A stretch of 64,000 nucleotides of DNA from an uncultured Kiritimatiellota bacterium (GCA_934621385.1 CAKTUI010000006.1:3221-67220); one strand, 5' to 3'; shown: positions 36,977-47,972, counted from the first letter of the stretch. Numbers and translations: made by a program. The notes: generated by a model not told the origin, from the sequence alone.

Positions 36977-37300
36977 ATGGCTAAGTGTAAGAAAGAAGTC
37001 CCGACCACCAAGAGTGGTATTATGGCCGCGCTCGCCGAGGCCGCTGGCATCACCAAGGCCCAGGCCGTGACAGTCTATGAGACGCTCATCTGTCTCGCCT
37101 ACGAGGGTGCTCGTGCGAACGAGAAGGGTTGGGTCATTCCTGGCCTTGGCAAGCTCCTCATCAAGAAGCAGGGTGCGCGTAAGGTTCGCAATCCGCAGAC
37201 TGGCGAGGAAATCAAGAAGCCCGCGTGCAAGGTCGCGAAGTTCCGTCTCGCGAAGGCCGCGAAGGACGCCCTTGTTCCGCCGAAGGCCGCGAAGAAGTAA
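36977..37300 (+). CDS. HU-family DNA-binding protein with a Lys/Ala-rich C-terminal tail
   Basis: GWVIPGLGKLLIKKQGARKVRNPQTGEEI arm region. C-terminal AKAAKDALVPPKAAKK tail. Confidence 0.85.
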   Translation: MAKCKKEVPTTKSGIMAALAEAAGITKAQAVTVYETLICLAYEGARANEKGWVIPGLGKLLIKKQGARKVRNPQTGEEIKKPACKVAKFRLAKAAKDALVPPKAAKK

Positions 37301-37320
37301 TCCGCCTTCGAGCACAAGAA

Positions 37321-37358
37321 CTGGCGCGCACCCCCTTGGAGTCCGCGCCAGTTTTTTA
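37321..37358 (+). terminator. Rho-independent terminator (stem CTGGCGCG / CGCGCCAG followed by TTTTTTATT)
   Basis: Read directly. Also marks the point where GC composition changes. Confidence 0.7.
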
Positions 37359-37414
37359 TTGCCCAACCTACCGTGAGACTGCTCACTATCAAGGATCGAC
37401 ACTCATCCCCAAGC

Positions 37415-38404
37415 TCAAGATTTGATTGCCCCCTTCCATCCGCGACCAATGACGAGAGGCAACAGCCAAATCCAATGAGGCGCAAAGATCCAAGGTTCAG
37501 ACATGCCCCAGCCGATGACGCAGTGAATGCCAACATCCACTGCAAGATATGAAGCATACGTGATCAGCAAGGGGTATTGGCGGAAACGAATTAACGCACA
37601 GAGACCCAAGAGTGCCGCAGGATAAACAAGGCAAGCCTGAACAAGACCCACCGGACGGATAAAAAAGCCATAGAGTTCGGTGGCAATATGACGATTCTCC
37701 GGAATCCAAGAAAGCGTTGCTGTAATTCCAGATCCAATGCCTCGACCTGTTAGATAGGCGCGGACAGCAAATGCACCAACTCCCAGAAGCACGCAGAAAA
37801 CCGAGGCACCTGTAATTTTCGCCTTCTTTTTCCAATCACCACAAGTCGCCACATAAGCCAAAATGGGCTTGATTCCATTCGTCAGCGTAATCAATCCATT
37901 CAATACGGCCAAGACGCACACCATGACTGGAAAGGCATAATGTCCCCAGCGTTCCGTCACATATCGTCCATCTGTCATCGTATAAATACTTCCGACAAGT
38001 ACGAACTGCGCCAGCGGGAAACTCTCCGGAATCCCTGCGATGAGCCAAGTAGTTGGAAAACTCAGCCAAACGATGAACCCAATCCAGCCCGCCATTCGCC
38101 AGATGAGCCAAGCTGTCGCCGTCGCAACCGCCGGCATCACAAGGAGATAGGCTTCATTCCAAATATGCTGCAACACAACCAAGGGCGAGGCAACGATCCC
38201 GAGTCCCGGGTGACGGAATCCAAAGTAGCCAATCCACCGCCAGTCACTAATCTGCTCGACAAAGGCCCGATAATCCCAACCCCAGACTTCATCCAGCCTA
38301 TGTGCGTTCACATACCCACGTAGCACCACGGCAAAAGCCACAAATGCCGCGTAGATACCAATCCAAACAGCCGCCATCCAATGGAATTGTCGCTTCTGAT
38401 ACAT
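37415..38404 (-). CDS. Polytopic membrane protein, possibly an EpsG/Wzy-like polysaccharide polymerase
   Basis: 329 aa with about 9 TM helices. First gene of the low-GC polysaccharide locus. No diagnostic motif. Confidence 0.45.
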   Translation of the reverse strand: MYQKRQFHWMAAVWIGIYAAFVAFAVVLRGYVNAHRLDEVWGWDYRAFVEQISDWRWIGYFGFRHPGLGIVASPLVVLQHIWNEAYLLVMPAVATATAWLIWRMAGWIGFIVWLSFPTTWLIAGIPESFPLAQFVLVGSIYTMTDGRYVTERWGHYAFPVMVCVLAVLNGLITLTNGIKPILAYVATCGDWKKKAKITGASVFCVLLGVGAFAVRAYLTGRGIGSGITATLSWIPENRHIATELYGFFIRPVGLVQACLVYPAALLGLCALIRFRQYPLLITYASYLAVDVGIHCVIGWGMSEPWIFAPHWIWLLPLVIGRGWKGAIKS

Positions 38405-38475
38405 GAATCAATAACTCATTTCAGAATTGCCAAATTTGGATAACACTGGAAATAATAAAGAAGCCATGAAGAATT

Positions 38476-39438
38476 TTATATCTGCGGAATAGTCTCTCGC
38501 AGGGCTTCACAAAGGCTCTCGACGCACCCGCTTCGAAAGAGCCTAATAGTTCCTGGGTGCCGATTCGCAACAGCGACAACTCCCGGATTATCGCTCGCCA
38601 CGATCGGTCTTCCCAATTGTAAGTATTCAAATAATTTGAGCGGATAATTCCATTTCAAACTCGGAACCGATAGGTAAGGAACAAGCAAGGCGCGGCATTC
38701 CCGTAGCCGCGCAAACGCCTCTTGTTGGGTCAAGCGACCCGCAAAGGTCACGGCCTCGCTTACCTTCACCGACGGTGGATTGCCAATCCAAAGACAACTC
38801 ACGCCACCCATTCGCCGTAGGGCTTCCGACACCAGAGGTCCACCCTTAGCCCAAGTCCAATTGCTCAAGACACCAATATCATACCTGAGACAAGGCGAAT
38901 TTTCAATTTTAGTTGGACAAAGATCCCTAAACGCGTCCTGCATTCGAAGTTCAACCTGTCCCGGAGAAGGATGATACCCTATCTCCTCCAGAAGACCTGG
39001 ATGAATGTTAAGAACAATTCGATCTGCCGACAGAGCCAATCGCCGCCACATCCAATCAATCAATCGGCGCAACCACCGATAATGGTCGCGATACCCGAGA
39101 CTTGGAGGATCCCAGAGAAACATCGTCCATGCGCACCCCTTGCGATGTTTCAACTGACGCGCCAAGAAAAGACAAGGAAAGTCAAATCCGGTGAAAAGTA
39201 CCGTATCCTTGTCAACAATCCTCTCCAACAAATGAAAAAGAGACCCAAAAGAATGATAGTAAACAATGCGAGAACAGCGCACGGCAATCGAATCCGGCAC
39301 CTGGGAATCAGCAGGCACACACAAGGTTGTCTTATAGGAAGAAACGACCTCAAGTGGCTTCAAATAGACATTCGCATGAGGTGTAATCCAACTTGCAGAC
39401 AAGTTGCTTCGTGTAATATAGACCGCCCGACGGTTCAT
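38476..39438 (-). CDS. Glycosyltransferase family 4
   Basis: KLFEYLQLGRPIVASD gives the EX7E motif. Confidence 0.75.
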   Translation of the reverse strand: MNRRAVYITRSNLSASWITPHANVYLKPLEVVSSYKTTLCVPADSQVPDSIAVRCSRIVYYHSFGSLFHLLERIVDKDTVLFTGFDFPCLFLARQLKHRKGCAWTMFLWDPPSLGYRDHYRWLRRLIDWMWRRLALSADRIVLNIHPGLLEEIGYHPSPGQVELRMQDAFRDLCPTKIENSPCLRYDIGVLSNWTWAKGGPLVSEALRRMGGVSCLWIGNPPSVKVSEAVTFAGRLTQQEAFARLRECRALLVPYLSVPSLKWNYPLKLFEYLQLGRPIVASDNPGVVAVANRHPGTIRLFRSGCVESLCEALRETIPQI

Positions 39439-40292
39439 CGTATACCCTTTACATTCGGCCAGCGTGGATTCTTCCCATAACGTCCACCCCGCGTCAATAG
39501 ATTCCAGATAGCATTGAACGGCGGGCACCCCCACCATCTCATTCGATAGAATAGGGTCACTTCCAGTTTTCGCAAAACACTTGCCCGAATATTTGGCACG
39601 AGCAACCCATTCGGCAACAGCGTCTGAGTCGCGTCAATACAATGCGGCGCAAAGGAACGCAGGCCATTTTCCGCCAAATTCTGCCGCGCTGCGTCGCCCG
39701 AGCACACAGTTCGCCGCCCTCCTGCAATATGCCCATAATCATGAAACTGATGCTCCACCCGAACGAAATAACTCGCATCAATAACAGGGACTCGTTTCCG
39801 CAGGCAATAGGCAACCAGTGCACTGTCGCAGTAGGATCGACCCATCACAACGGGCGGCAAATCGAGAAATAGACCTCGTCGGAACAAAAAATAATCCATT
39901 CCGCACGAACGATGCAACCGTTTCTCACCGTCTCCAGTCCGATCAATACGCTGCCCCGTCAGCAAGAAATTTCCCCGTGGCATCGCCTCACACACCTTCA
40001 TAAGCGAACCATCAAACAGAAGATCGCCATTCGAATAAAGGAACAATTCCGATTCCGTATGCGTGAACAACCATTTCACCATCGCATTAAATGTGGGGAC
40101 TCGTCCATTTCCCGGCAGGACTACCGTCCGCACATCCAATCCCAAGTCTTCCGCCCCACACGCGGATGTCTCAAAATTCAAGATCTCAACGCCGGGAAAG
40201 AACTCCCGCCAATTTGAAAGGGCCTTTCGTTGGATCTCCCCAGAAACCCCAATTGGCGGTTTAAGTGATGTGAAGACAACAAGCTTCATCAT
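39435..40292 (-). CDS. Hypothetical GT-A-like (nucleotide-diphospho-sugar transferase-like) protein
   Basis: Soluble, 285 aa. 4-nt overlap with its neighbour. Weak GT-like features only. Confidence 0.4.
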   Translation of the reverse strand: MMKLVVFTSLKPPIGVSGEIQRKALSNWREFFPGVEILNFETSACGAEDLGLDVRTVVLPGNGRVPTFNAMVKWLFTHTESELFLYSNGDLLFDGSLMKVCEAMPRGNFLLTGQRIDRTGDGEKRLHRSCGMDYFLFRRGLFLDLPPVVMGRSYCDSALVAYCLRKRVPVIDASYFVRVEHQFHDYGHIAGGRRTVCSGDAARQNLAENGLRSFAPHCIDATQTLLPNGLLVPNIRASVLRKLEVTLFYRMRWWGCPPFNAIWNLLTRGGRYGKNPRWPNVKGIR

Positions 40293-41081
40293 TCAATTTT
40301 TCCCATAAGCGGTCGTTCTGACTGGACGACGGGAAATCCGCACACGAACAAACTCAAACAAGAGAATCGCCGCCGCCCTCGGGACACACCACATATTGCG
40401 CCTAAACGTGCGCCGACCGCCCGACACGAGCCGCCAAAGCCAACAAAGCCCCACCCGATGAACCCATTCAGGCACCTGCGGAACACGCCCCGTATAAAAA
40501 TCAAAAACCGCACCGACAGGCAACAACACGGGTACGCCAAGATCGTGCAAATGCCGCGCACACCATTTCTCCTGCTTCGGGCTACCCAATGCCACCCACA
40601 TGAAATCTGGTTTGGCGGATGAAATCAACTCCTTCTGCCGCGCCCACTCTTCGGGTGTCACCTCACCAAATGGCGGCGTATAGGCTCCTACAATCTGCAC
40701 CCCTGGAAATTGCCTTCGCATCTTCTCGGCCAATTCTGCCGCGACACCAGGCCCTGCACCATAAAAAAAGTGCCGCCAGCCTCGTTTCACGCCAAAGGAC
40801 AGTGCCTTGGGGAATACATGTGGTCCTATCACTCGTTCCGGCAAGCGTCCACCGCAAATCCGTGCCAGCATTTTCGTCACTTGCCCGTCCGCCAAGACAG
40901 CATCCGCCCGCCTGTAGGCAAGGGCAAGTTCTTCTTCCTGCCAACCATGCGCAAGACCATTCGCATCGCAAAAACACGCAAAATGCACGCGCCCATCCTG
41001 TCGCCATTCATCCATTGCCGCCAGCAACTCTTCGTAGGTGCACGCAGCGACATCCCATTTATGTAAAGTTATCTTCTTCAT
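40293..41081 (-). CDS. WecB/TagA/CpsF family glycosyltransferase (GT26)
   Basis: Family-typical blocks (FFYGAGPGVAAELAEK, SAKPDFMWVALGSPKQEKW). Confidence 0.8.
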   Translation of the reverse strand: MKKITLHKWDVAACTYEELLAAMDEWRQDGRVHFACFCDANGLAHGWQEEELALAYRRADAVLADGQVTKMLARICGGRLPERVIGPHVFPKALSFGVKRGWRHFFYGAGPGVAAELAEKMRRQFPGVQIVGAYTPPFGEVTPEEWARQKELISSAKPDFMWVALGSPKQEKWCARHLHDLGVPVLLPVGAVFDFYTGRVPQVPEWVHRVGLCWLWRLVSGGRRTFRRNMWCVPRAAAILLFEFVRVRISRRPVRTTAYGKN

Positions 41082-41109
41082 CTTACCACTCTTCCTTCTT
41101 GATGCGGTG

Positions 41110-41613
41110 CTACTCTTTAACAATAATCCGCCACGACCCTCGCGTTCCACCGACCCGCTCGACGATTTCCTTAGCCTTCAGGGCGGAAAGTTGCTTATCA
41201 AGCGTATTTTTCCTAATTCCGAGCGATTCCGCCATCTTCCGAATGGAAATCTTCGGATCTCGCTTCAGAATTTCACAAATCCGCCGTTGTTCACCTGGCA
41301 GGGAGCCCAATGCATTGTCCCCCCTATTGCCCCCCCTATTGTCCGTAGCCTCCGAAACCGCCGCCCGACGTCTGATGACCAAGCGAATGGCATTTCCAAA
41401 ATCGGCGACCTCCAATGTACCAAGCCCCGCCTCTCTGACTGCCCGCTGAACACACAACAGCCCACTCCCCCAGTTCTCGATGAAAAACATATAGGCAAAA
41501 ACTGCCGCGATGACCTTGTTTCGACATTCCGAATGGCCGACAATCACCTCGTTCGGAACGCGCTTGAACTCAAGTTCGGCCGTTTCACCGCGTCGGATAT
41601 CGTCAATCAGCAT
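41110..41613 (-). pseudogene. Truncated AlbA_2 / ATP-dependent-helicase-like transcriptional regulator remnant (N-terminal ETAELEFK fused to the C-terminal HTH; central HATPase region missing)
   Basis: About 167 aa versus the usual ~450-500 aa for the family. Keeps LIDDIRRGETAELEFK and IENWGSGL plus a wHTH. Confidence 0.45.
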
Positions 41614-42115
41614 GACACACCCCCGTCTTTTTGCGCAAAACCAACACATCCAAACGGCGCATTCTGCCGCGCAACAAACTCATTGAGCGAAAGCGCCACC
41701 ACATCAAGGCCAATCGCCAAAAATTGCGCCATTGCACGCAGAAGCGCGGCAGAAATCTTCCTTTCACCAACTTTCACGCACTTATTATACACTAATCCGC
41801 GAAACCTCACAATCGCGAATTTTTGAGAATCCTAAAGTTCAAGTTTAGAATCCTCAAAATCAACCGTCTTCACGACTTCCTTCTTTTCAATCAGCACCCG
41901 ACTGAGTAGCCGTACTGCCCACGAAACGAAATCACACGACACGTCAAATTCTATTCAAATGTGAATAGCTCAAGTTTGAATAGGTTTTGATTCGGCCGGT
42001 AGACAAGTTGTGCACTCCTCGCGAGTCCGCAGGCCTCTCTGATTGTAGAAACAATTAAACTTCCGCAAAAAGAGTTACTCCCGCCAATCATCCGTTATCA
42101 ACACGATTAGTCCTT

Positions 42116-43388
42116 TCATGCACCCATAAGGATGTCTGGCTCAAGCAAGAATGGAATGACTCCAACAAAGACAACACCTTCCGCATTTTGCCAAAGTCGC
42201 TCGTTCCCTCCCGTGATGACGATGCGGCGAAAGAAGTCATCCGCCTTTCTAAACGGACGAATTTCACTCGCAAGTTTCCCATGGTCATCAATGTTTAAGG
42301 CTGACTGAATGTAGACACGTCTGAACCCGCTATTAACGACAAAATCAATCTCAAGTTCCTTGCGGACGCTCTTCCCCTTCTCGTCTTTCTCCACTGTCTG
42401 CACAACACCAACATCAACGCTGTACCCACGACGCAGCAATTCGCAATAAATCACATTCTCCATCAAATGAGTCCGCTCAATTTGCCGAAAATTGAGTCTC
42501 GCGTTTCGCAGCCCCGTGTCAACGCAATAGTACTTGGCCGCACCTTCGAGATACTTTCGCCCCTTCACATCATAACGCAAGGTTTTCTCAAATAAGAAAG
42601 AACGGCACAGAATCTCCAGATAACGCGCAACGGTCTGCGGACAAGCCGACAATGCCGCCGTTGTTGTCAGAGTATCCGAAATGCGCTTGGCATTGGTCAA
42701 CCCACCGATGGCAGTTGAAATGACATCACAAACGGCACCAAGGGCCACTTCGTTCTTTAACGAATACCGCTCCACAATATCCGCGAAATAGACGCGCCCA
42801 AACAAACTTTTGAGATAAGATTCACGCGAACGCTGGTCGGGCGACAAAACTGCCAATGATCCCGCCCCAGACAAGATAATCCTCCCACGCATCGGACTTT
42901 TCCTTTCCGCCAATCTGGTAATACTCCGCAAACGAAAGTGGCCACAGGCGAATCACGGCACCCCGATCTCGGAAATTCGTCGCAATATCTTCGGACAGCA
43001 TTTCCGAATTGGAACCCGTCACATAGACATCCGCCTTTTTCATCAATGTCGTCAGAACATCATAAAATGTTACGCCATCTCCCTCAAGCGGCTTGCACTC
43101 TTGAATCTCATCAATAAGTACGTACATCTGTCGCCCATCAGAAAGCAACCGTTCCTTGACATATAACGAAAGCGCACGCGGATTGCGCAGAAATTCAAAT
43201 TCGTCCTCATCAAGCCGAACCTCAATAATCTGCTCGTCGGCAACGCCCGCTTCGCGCAGATAGTCCCGGAAGATATTGAAGAGAAAGTAACTCTTTCCAC
43301 AACGCCGAATGCCAGTAATCACCTTCACAAGGCCATTCAGCATAAATTTTCTAATCTGGTCAAGATAGAACTTTCTTTCGATTCTCAT
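42116..43388 (-). pseudogene. Frameshifted AAA_14 ATPase / DUF4143 gene
   Basis: ORF 42822..43388 carries Walker A GIRRCGKSY and Walker B VLIDEIQ. ORF 42116..42931 carries the DUF4143-like C-terminal half. The two overlap in different frames near the WGG(I/L)P junction. Confidence 0.7.
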
Positions 43389-44247
43389 TCTTAAATATTC
43401 CGTAGAAATCTACAGAACATTCAAATGATACCACATCTCATCGCCTCCCGTCAACCCCGCCACACCAAGCATAGACACTCCCAACTAACGAAACATGGAT
43501 ATTATGCCATATTTAGCGCATCAGAAACGAAAGAATCAAAGATTATTTATCGAAATTGAATAATTATTCACCCACCATTAGCCTTCATGCGTTTTTCCCG
43601 TCGCCTCAAGACCTGTGCCGTCCGACCCGACACCCCCACCTGCGTCAAAATAAGCACGCCAGACATTCTTATTCCTCCATTTTTGTCGAAATAAGAAAAA
43701 ACGGTCTCCGCAAATGCTTATTTCAACACGCGGCCGATCTCACTGCGGCAAAATAAAAAACAAAAACCTCTCGCGCCAGCAAAAGCACATTCAGCGAAAG
43801 AAGCGTCTCTTCATTTTGCTGCGCTCAGGCTCTTGTGGCTCGCATATCACCGCGCCTCGCCCTGCGCCGTCCGCGCCGTCGCCCACGCGGGATTCTGCAC
43901 CCAGCACTCGTGGGCACGACTCATCCGCGAATGTCCCTCGCAAATCGGCTTCCTCATGAGAAAATCTGCAAATATCCGCTGCTGACGAACCATCATCAGC
44001 GTCTTCGGCCCCTTCAGTCCGTTGCCCTCGTGGCCGTACTTACGCACACGCTTCAACTCGCAGAAAAAGCGGAAATTGGCTGTCCGGGGGGCCTGCGCGA
44101 GACGAAGGTCTGGCCAACTCTCCACTATAGCCAAGACGACAGATTGCGTTTCCACATCTGAACCTGCGGAAACGTCGACAAAATGACAATAGCACATAGG
44201 CAGAAATGGCCCCGAACAGGCAAACCGAAAATGATGCTGTTCTCCAA

Positions 44248-44320
44248 CACGGGAGACGCTGTTCTCTCGATCGGGAGAACAGCGTCTCTTGATTGAGAGA
44301 ACAGCGTCTCTCGGTCAGGG
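44248..44320. promoter_or_regulatory. Operator-like element: perfect 14-bp inverted repeat GAGACGCTGTTCTC-N8-GAGAACAGCGTCTC plus a third half-site
   Basis: Read directly; about 330 bp upstream of the HU-like gene. Confidence 0.5.
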
Positions 44321-44649
44321 AGTCATCCGTCCCACACACATAGGGAGAATTCCATGTCCCCTTCTCCTCTCTATATAGGGCAACGACACGCCCACCTATT
44401 TGATTGCACACAAGACAAGGACTCTTACGCTTCCCCGGTAGCCACATTGTCCCATCACCATCCGTTCCACCGACAACCCGTCCCTGCAAGGGACCGGCGA
44501 AGGACTCCACCATGTAACGGAATCGACACTTGTCGCGACTTCAGAAACGGTGGGTCTCGTGAATGCAAAATCACCGAGACCCACCCCCACGGAAGCGCGG
44601 CGCGTGCCGCGCACGTCGGGATAACCAACAACAAGAAAGGAAACAACAA

Positions 44650-45375
44650 ATGACAAGCAAACCCAAACTCAAGTACCGGATCATCCCCGGCAAAAACCCC
44701 CACACGGGCATCGCCCTCCTGCGGCCAATCATCGCCGAGCGCGAGACCCTGCGCACCGACCAGGTCGTCGAGTACGCCCTCAAGGCCGGCTACGTGCGCG
44801 GACAGTTCCACGACATGCGCGGCGCACTGAACGGCTTCATTGAGGCAATCCAGCAGCTCGGCCGCGACGGCAAGAGCGTCAACCTCAGCGACTGGCTGCG
44901 CATCCACGGCGAGCTCACCGGCTCGGTGGATGCCACGCGCCAGCTCGGGCCGAAGAACGGCTACAAGGTCGTCATCTCCCCGCTCAAGGAGCTGAAACGG
45001 TCCGTCTCGGACTTCAGCTGGACGAACGTGGACGAGCCGGCGGCGGCCGTCAGGGTGGACCACGTGTACGCGGCGGGCTCCAGCGCGGACGGCGTGGTCG
45101 AGAAGTCCAAGCGCATCGTGGTGAACGGGCGGAACCTCGCGTACGACGCGGCGCTCGGCGACCAGGTGGTCATCGCGTGGACGGACGCGGAGGGCGAGGC
45201 GCAGAACGCGGCGCTCACGCCGGTGGAGTCGGACGCATACCGCATGGCGTTCGAGTGGCCGGCATCGCTGAGCGAGCTTGAGAGCGGCGCGGCGCTGACG
45301 CTGACCTTCACCCTGCACGGCGGCGTGAAGGACTCTCCCGCCCAAATCGTCGTCAAGAAGCTGACGCTCGGCTAA
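44650..45375 (+). CDS. HU-like DNA-binding domain protein with a C-terminal Ig-like extension (Bacteroidetes-type HU / DUF4469-like)
   Basis: N-terminal KPKLKYRIIPGKNPHTG HU-arm-like motif. ORF 44563..45375 with an internal ATG. Confidence 0.55.
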   Translation: MTSKPKLKYRIIPGKNPHTGIALLRPIIAERETLRTDQVVEYALKAGYVRGQFHDMRGALNGFIEAIQQLGRDGKSVNLSDWLRIHGELTGSVDATRQLGPKNGYKVVISPLKELKRSVSDFSWTNVDEPAAAVRVDHVYAAGSSADGVVEKSKRIVVNGRNLAYDAALGDQVVIAWTDAEGEAQNAALTPVESDAYRMAFEWPASLSELESGAALTLTFTLHGGVKDSPAQIVVKKLTLG

Positions 45376-45492
45376 CGAATGCAAAATTAACCAATGGGCG
45401 AACCTGCCTCGCTCGCGTTGTCAAGGCGCGAGTGAGACAGGTTGACAGGGGGTTTGTATCCCCTTCCCAATTCTGATCACCCCACTTCGGCT

Positions 45493-46773
45493 CTAACCCT
45501 CTAATATTTCCCCATACGCACTCATCAGTTGGTCAACCACCGTCTGAGGATTGTAACGGCGCAAAGCCGTCTCATACGCATTTCTTGCACAGTTCCGTGC
45601 AAAGTCCCTATCCGAAAACAGTCGGTCAATTGCCGCCGCCAGTGATGCGGGATCTCCACTCGGGACAAGAAGCCCCTCCTTGCCATTCTCCAGAAGTGAA
45701 GGAACACCTCCGACATAGGTCGCTACACTCGGCACTCCGCTCAACATCGCCTCTCCCAGTGAATTCGGGCTATTCTCAATCATTGACGGCAGAACAAAAA
45801 TCTCGGACTGCGCAAGTTCCTCTGCTACCGCTTGATCTGAAAGACTCGGCAGCAAGCGAACATTATCACAAAGGTCCAATCGCACAACCTCTGACCACAA
45901 AAAATCATCGTACTCACCACGTCGGAGTCTGTCGAAAATCCCCCGTACCGGCAGAATTTTCTTTCCTGCCGCAATCGTTAGCCGAATGTCCCCGTACTTC
46001 GACTTCAATGCCGCAACCGCTCTCAGCAGCCAATGCCCCCCCTTCAGGGGATAAGAAACAGCCGCCGAGCAATAGATGGAGTGAGGAACGATGCTGTCCT
46101 CATGCCTGTTATTTGAATAGAACGGAGTCCGCAGTACTTCACCAACCTCGTGATAGACCGCTGAAGGACAGAGGTAGTTAACCCATGCGCGATCCCATTG
46201 TGTCCGCCCCAGATAATGCCTGAAATTCGCAAAACAACGTCGCTCACCAACACCACCACGCTCTTCGCGCCAAATTCGTGCAATATCGGACACCTTCGTA
46301 AGCCCCAGCCATTTGCGCAACACGAAACGATGGCGAGCCAGTTCCTCCTCCGAAAGCCCACCCATATAATGCGCACAGTAACCCAAGATAATTCCCTGGA
46401 CGGAAACCACGCGTTTTACATTCCCCCAAACCCAGCCGGGCATCGCCGCAAAAACACCCTCCGTACCATGCACATGAACTAAATTGGGTTTCTCTTCTGC
46501 AATACAGGCCTGAACGGCATGCGCGAATGGCGCTGACGGAAGTCCCGCAAGGCGATTGTAGCGGAAAGTTCCAAGGGAGATGTACTTTACTCCGCCAATA
46601 GACCTGACAGTACGTGCGGAACCTTCGCTTGCAATTACCAGTTCCAAGGATGGCTGATAGTTCCGAAGTGCTGAAACAAGAGCAGGAAGCCACCCATTTA
46701 TGTTCTTTTGCTCCGCACCAAGCACCTCCGCAAACTCAGGCAACATAATACTAGTGAACCAAAGCACCTTCAT
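45493..46773 (-). CDS. Glycosyltransferase family 4
   Basis: EIFVLPSMIENSPNSLGEAMLSGVPSV gives the EX7E motif. Confidence 0.8.
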   Translation of the reverse strand: MKVLWFTSIMLPEFAEVLGAEQKNINGWLPALVSALRNYQPSLELVIASEGSARTVRSIGGVKYISLGTFRYNRLAGLPSAPFAHAVQACIAEEKPNLVHVHGTEGVFAAMPGWVWGNVKRVVSVQGIILGYCAHYMGGLSEEELARHRFVLRKWLGLTKVSDIARIWREERGGVGERRCFANFRHYLGRTQWDRAWVNYLCPSAVYHEVGEVLRTPFYSNNRHEDSIVPHSIYCSAAVSYPLKGGHWLLRAVAALKSKYGDIRLTIAAGKKILPVRGIFDRLRRGEYDDFLWSEVVRLDLCDNVRLLPSLSDQAVAEELAQSEIFVLPSMIENSPNSLGEAMLSGVPSVATYVGGVPSLLENGKEGLLVPSGDPASLAAAIDRLFSDRDFARNCARNAYETALRRYNPQTVVDQLMSAYGEILEG

Positions 46774-47972
46774 TTCTCTACCTCCCGATAGATCGTCATC
46801 AACTGTTTATAGTTCTGTTCGGGCGAAAAGCGGTTTTCGTAATCTTCCCGTGCAGCGCAACACATCCGTCGATAGTCTGCTTCGCCCAAACGAACCATCC
46901 GAAGCAAGGCCGTAGCAAGAGCTGGCGCATCTCCAGCCTTAAAGACAAAACCTGTTCGACCATCCTCAACTAAACTTGACAATGCACCAAGATCAGACAC
47001 CACACAGGGAGTCGCTGCAGCAAACGCCTCTAGAATCGTCATCGGCATTCCCTCGTAGCACTCACTCGGCAAAACACATACACGAACCATCGCCAATTCT
47101 TTCCGCACTTCCGCATTGTCCCTTCTTCCCCAAAACTCAACAGGAAGACCCGTCGCCAATCGTTCATAAGAGGAACGGCAATCACCATTCCCGATAATGA
47201 CCAACTTGGGGCACTCTCCTGCCAGCACTCCACGCCGCCATTCAACTAAAACAAGTCGCCACGCCAAAATCAATGTCTTCAATCCCTTCTCATCACTCAA
47301 TCGGCCCACATAGAGAACCACATTTCTACGCAACGCTTCGTCATTCGGGCAAGGGGCTGACATAACGAAATTTGACTTTATTCTCATCTTCTCTGAAGAA
47401 AGGTTAGCACTCATCATCTGCTTCTGAAACTCACTAAATACAATAAAACGCGACACCCATCTCGCAACAAATAGACGATAAAGCGCGATAGAAAGGGAAA
47501 TTGGCAATGTGGCCAAAAAACTCTTCCGATAGCACCGATGTCGCAATCCTGGGCATACGCTTTGCCCCCTTATACAAAGCGTACAGATGGAGCCATCCCG
47601 CATCGGAATCCCTGCCGCACAGACAAGCCGATAGTTGTGAAGGGTCATCACGACAGGCGCAAGTTTAGCCACCGCACGTACTGTCCAAAGGCTGATTAAT
47701 GGGAATGTGTTGTGAAAGTGAACGATGTCAGGCCTGAATGCACGGCACTGTCGCGCCAGCGCTCGGGCGGCGAACGGATTGCAAATCGTGCTAAACGCGC
47801 CAACAATTTTCCCCCACAACCCCCTCCCGCGTATCGTATCCGAATGCCGCGTAAATGTCTGAACCTCGTGCCCATGCGCCCGTAACAGATCGCGTTCCGC
47901 CTCAAAGACGACATTTTCCCCCGACGGCGCAGATGTCCCGTAGTAGTTATGGACAAGAAGTATGCGCATCAC
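46770..47972 (-). CDS. Glycosyltransferase family 4
   Basis: N-terminal GT4 domain and ECYEGMPMTILEAFAAATPCVVSD motif. Confidence 0.8.
   Translation of the reverse strand: MMRILLVHNYYGTSAPSGENVVFEAERDLLRAHGHEVQTFTRHSDTIRGRGLWGKIVGAFSTICNPFAARALARQCRAFRPDIVHFHNTFPLISLWTVRAVAKLAPVVMTLHNYRLVCAAGIPMRDGSICTLCIRGQSVCPGLRHRCYRKSFLATLPISLSIALYRLFVARWVSRFIVFSEFQKQMMSANLSSEKMRIKSNFVMSAPCPNDEALRRNVVLYVGRLSDEKGLKTLILAWRLVLVEWRRGVLAGECPKLVIIGNGDCRSSYERLATGLPVEFWGRRDNAEVRKELAMVRVCVLPSECYEGMPMTILEAFAAATPCVVSDLGALSSLVEDGRTGFVFKAGDAPALATALLRMVRLGEADYRRMCCAAREDYENRFSPEQNYKQLMTIYREVEK

Noticed and set aside
43847-44197. 116-aa minus-strand ORF in the 1.2-kb non-coding stretch
   Set aside because: No start context, RBS or recognisable domain. 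It lies in a region showing other signs of gene decay, so it is not called.
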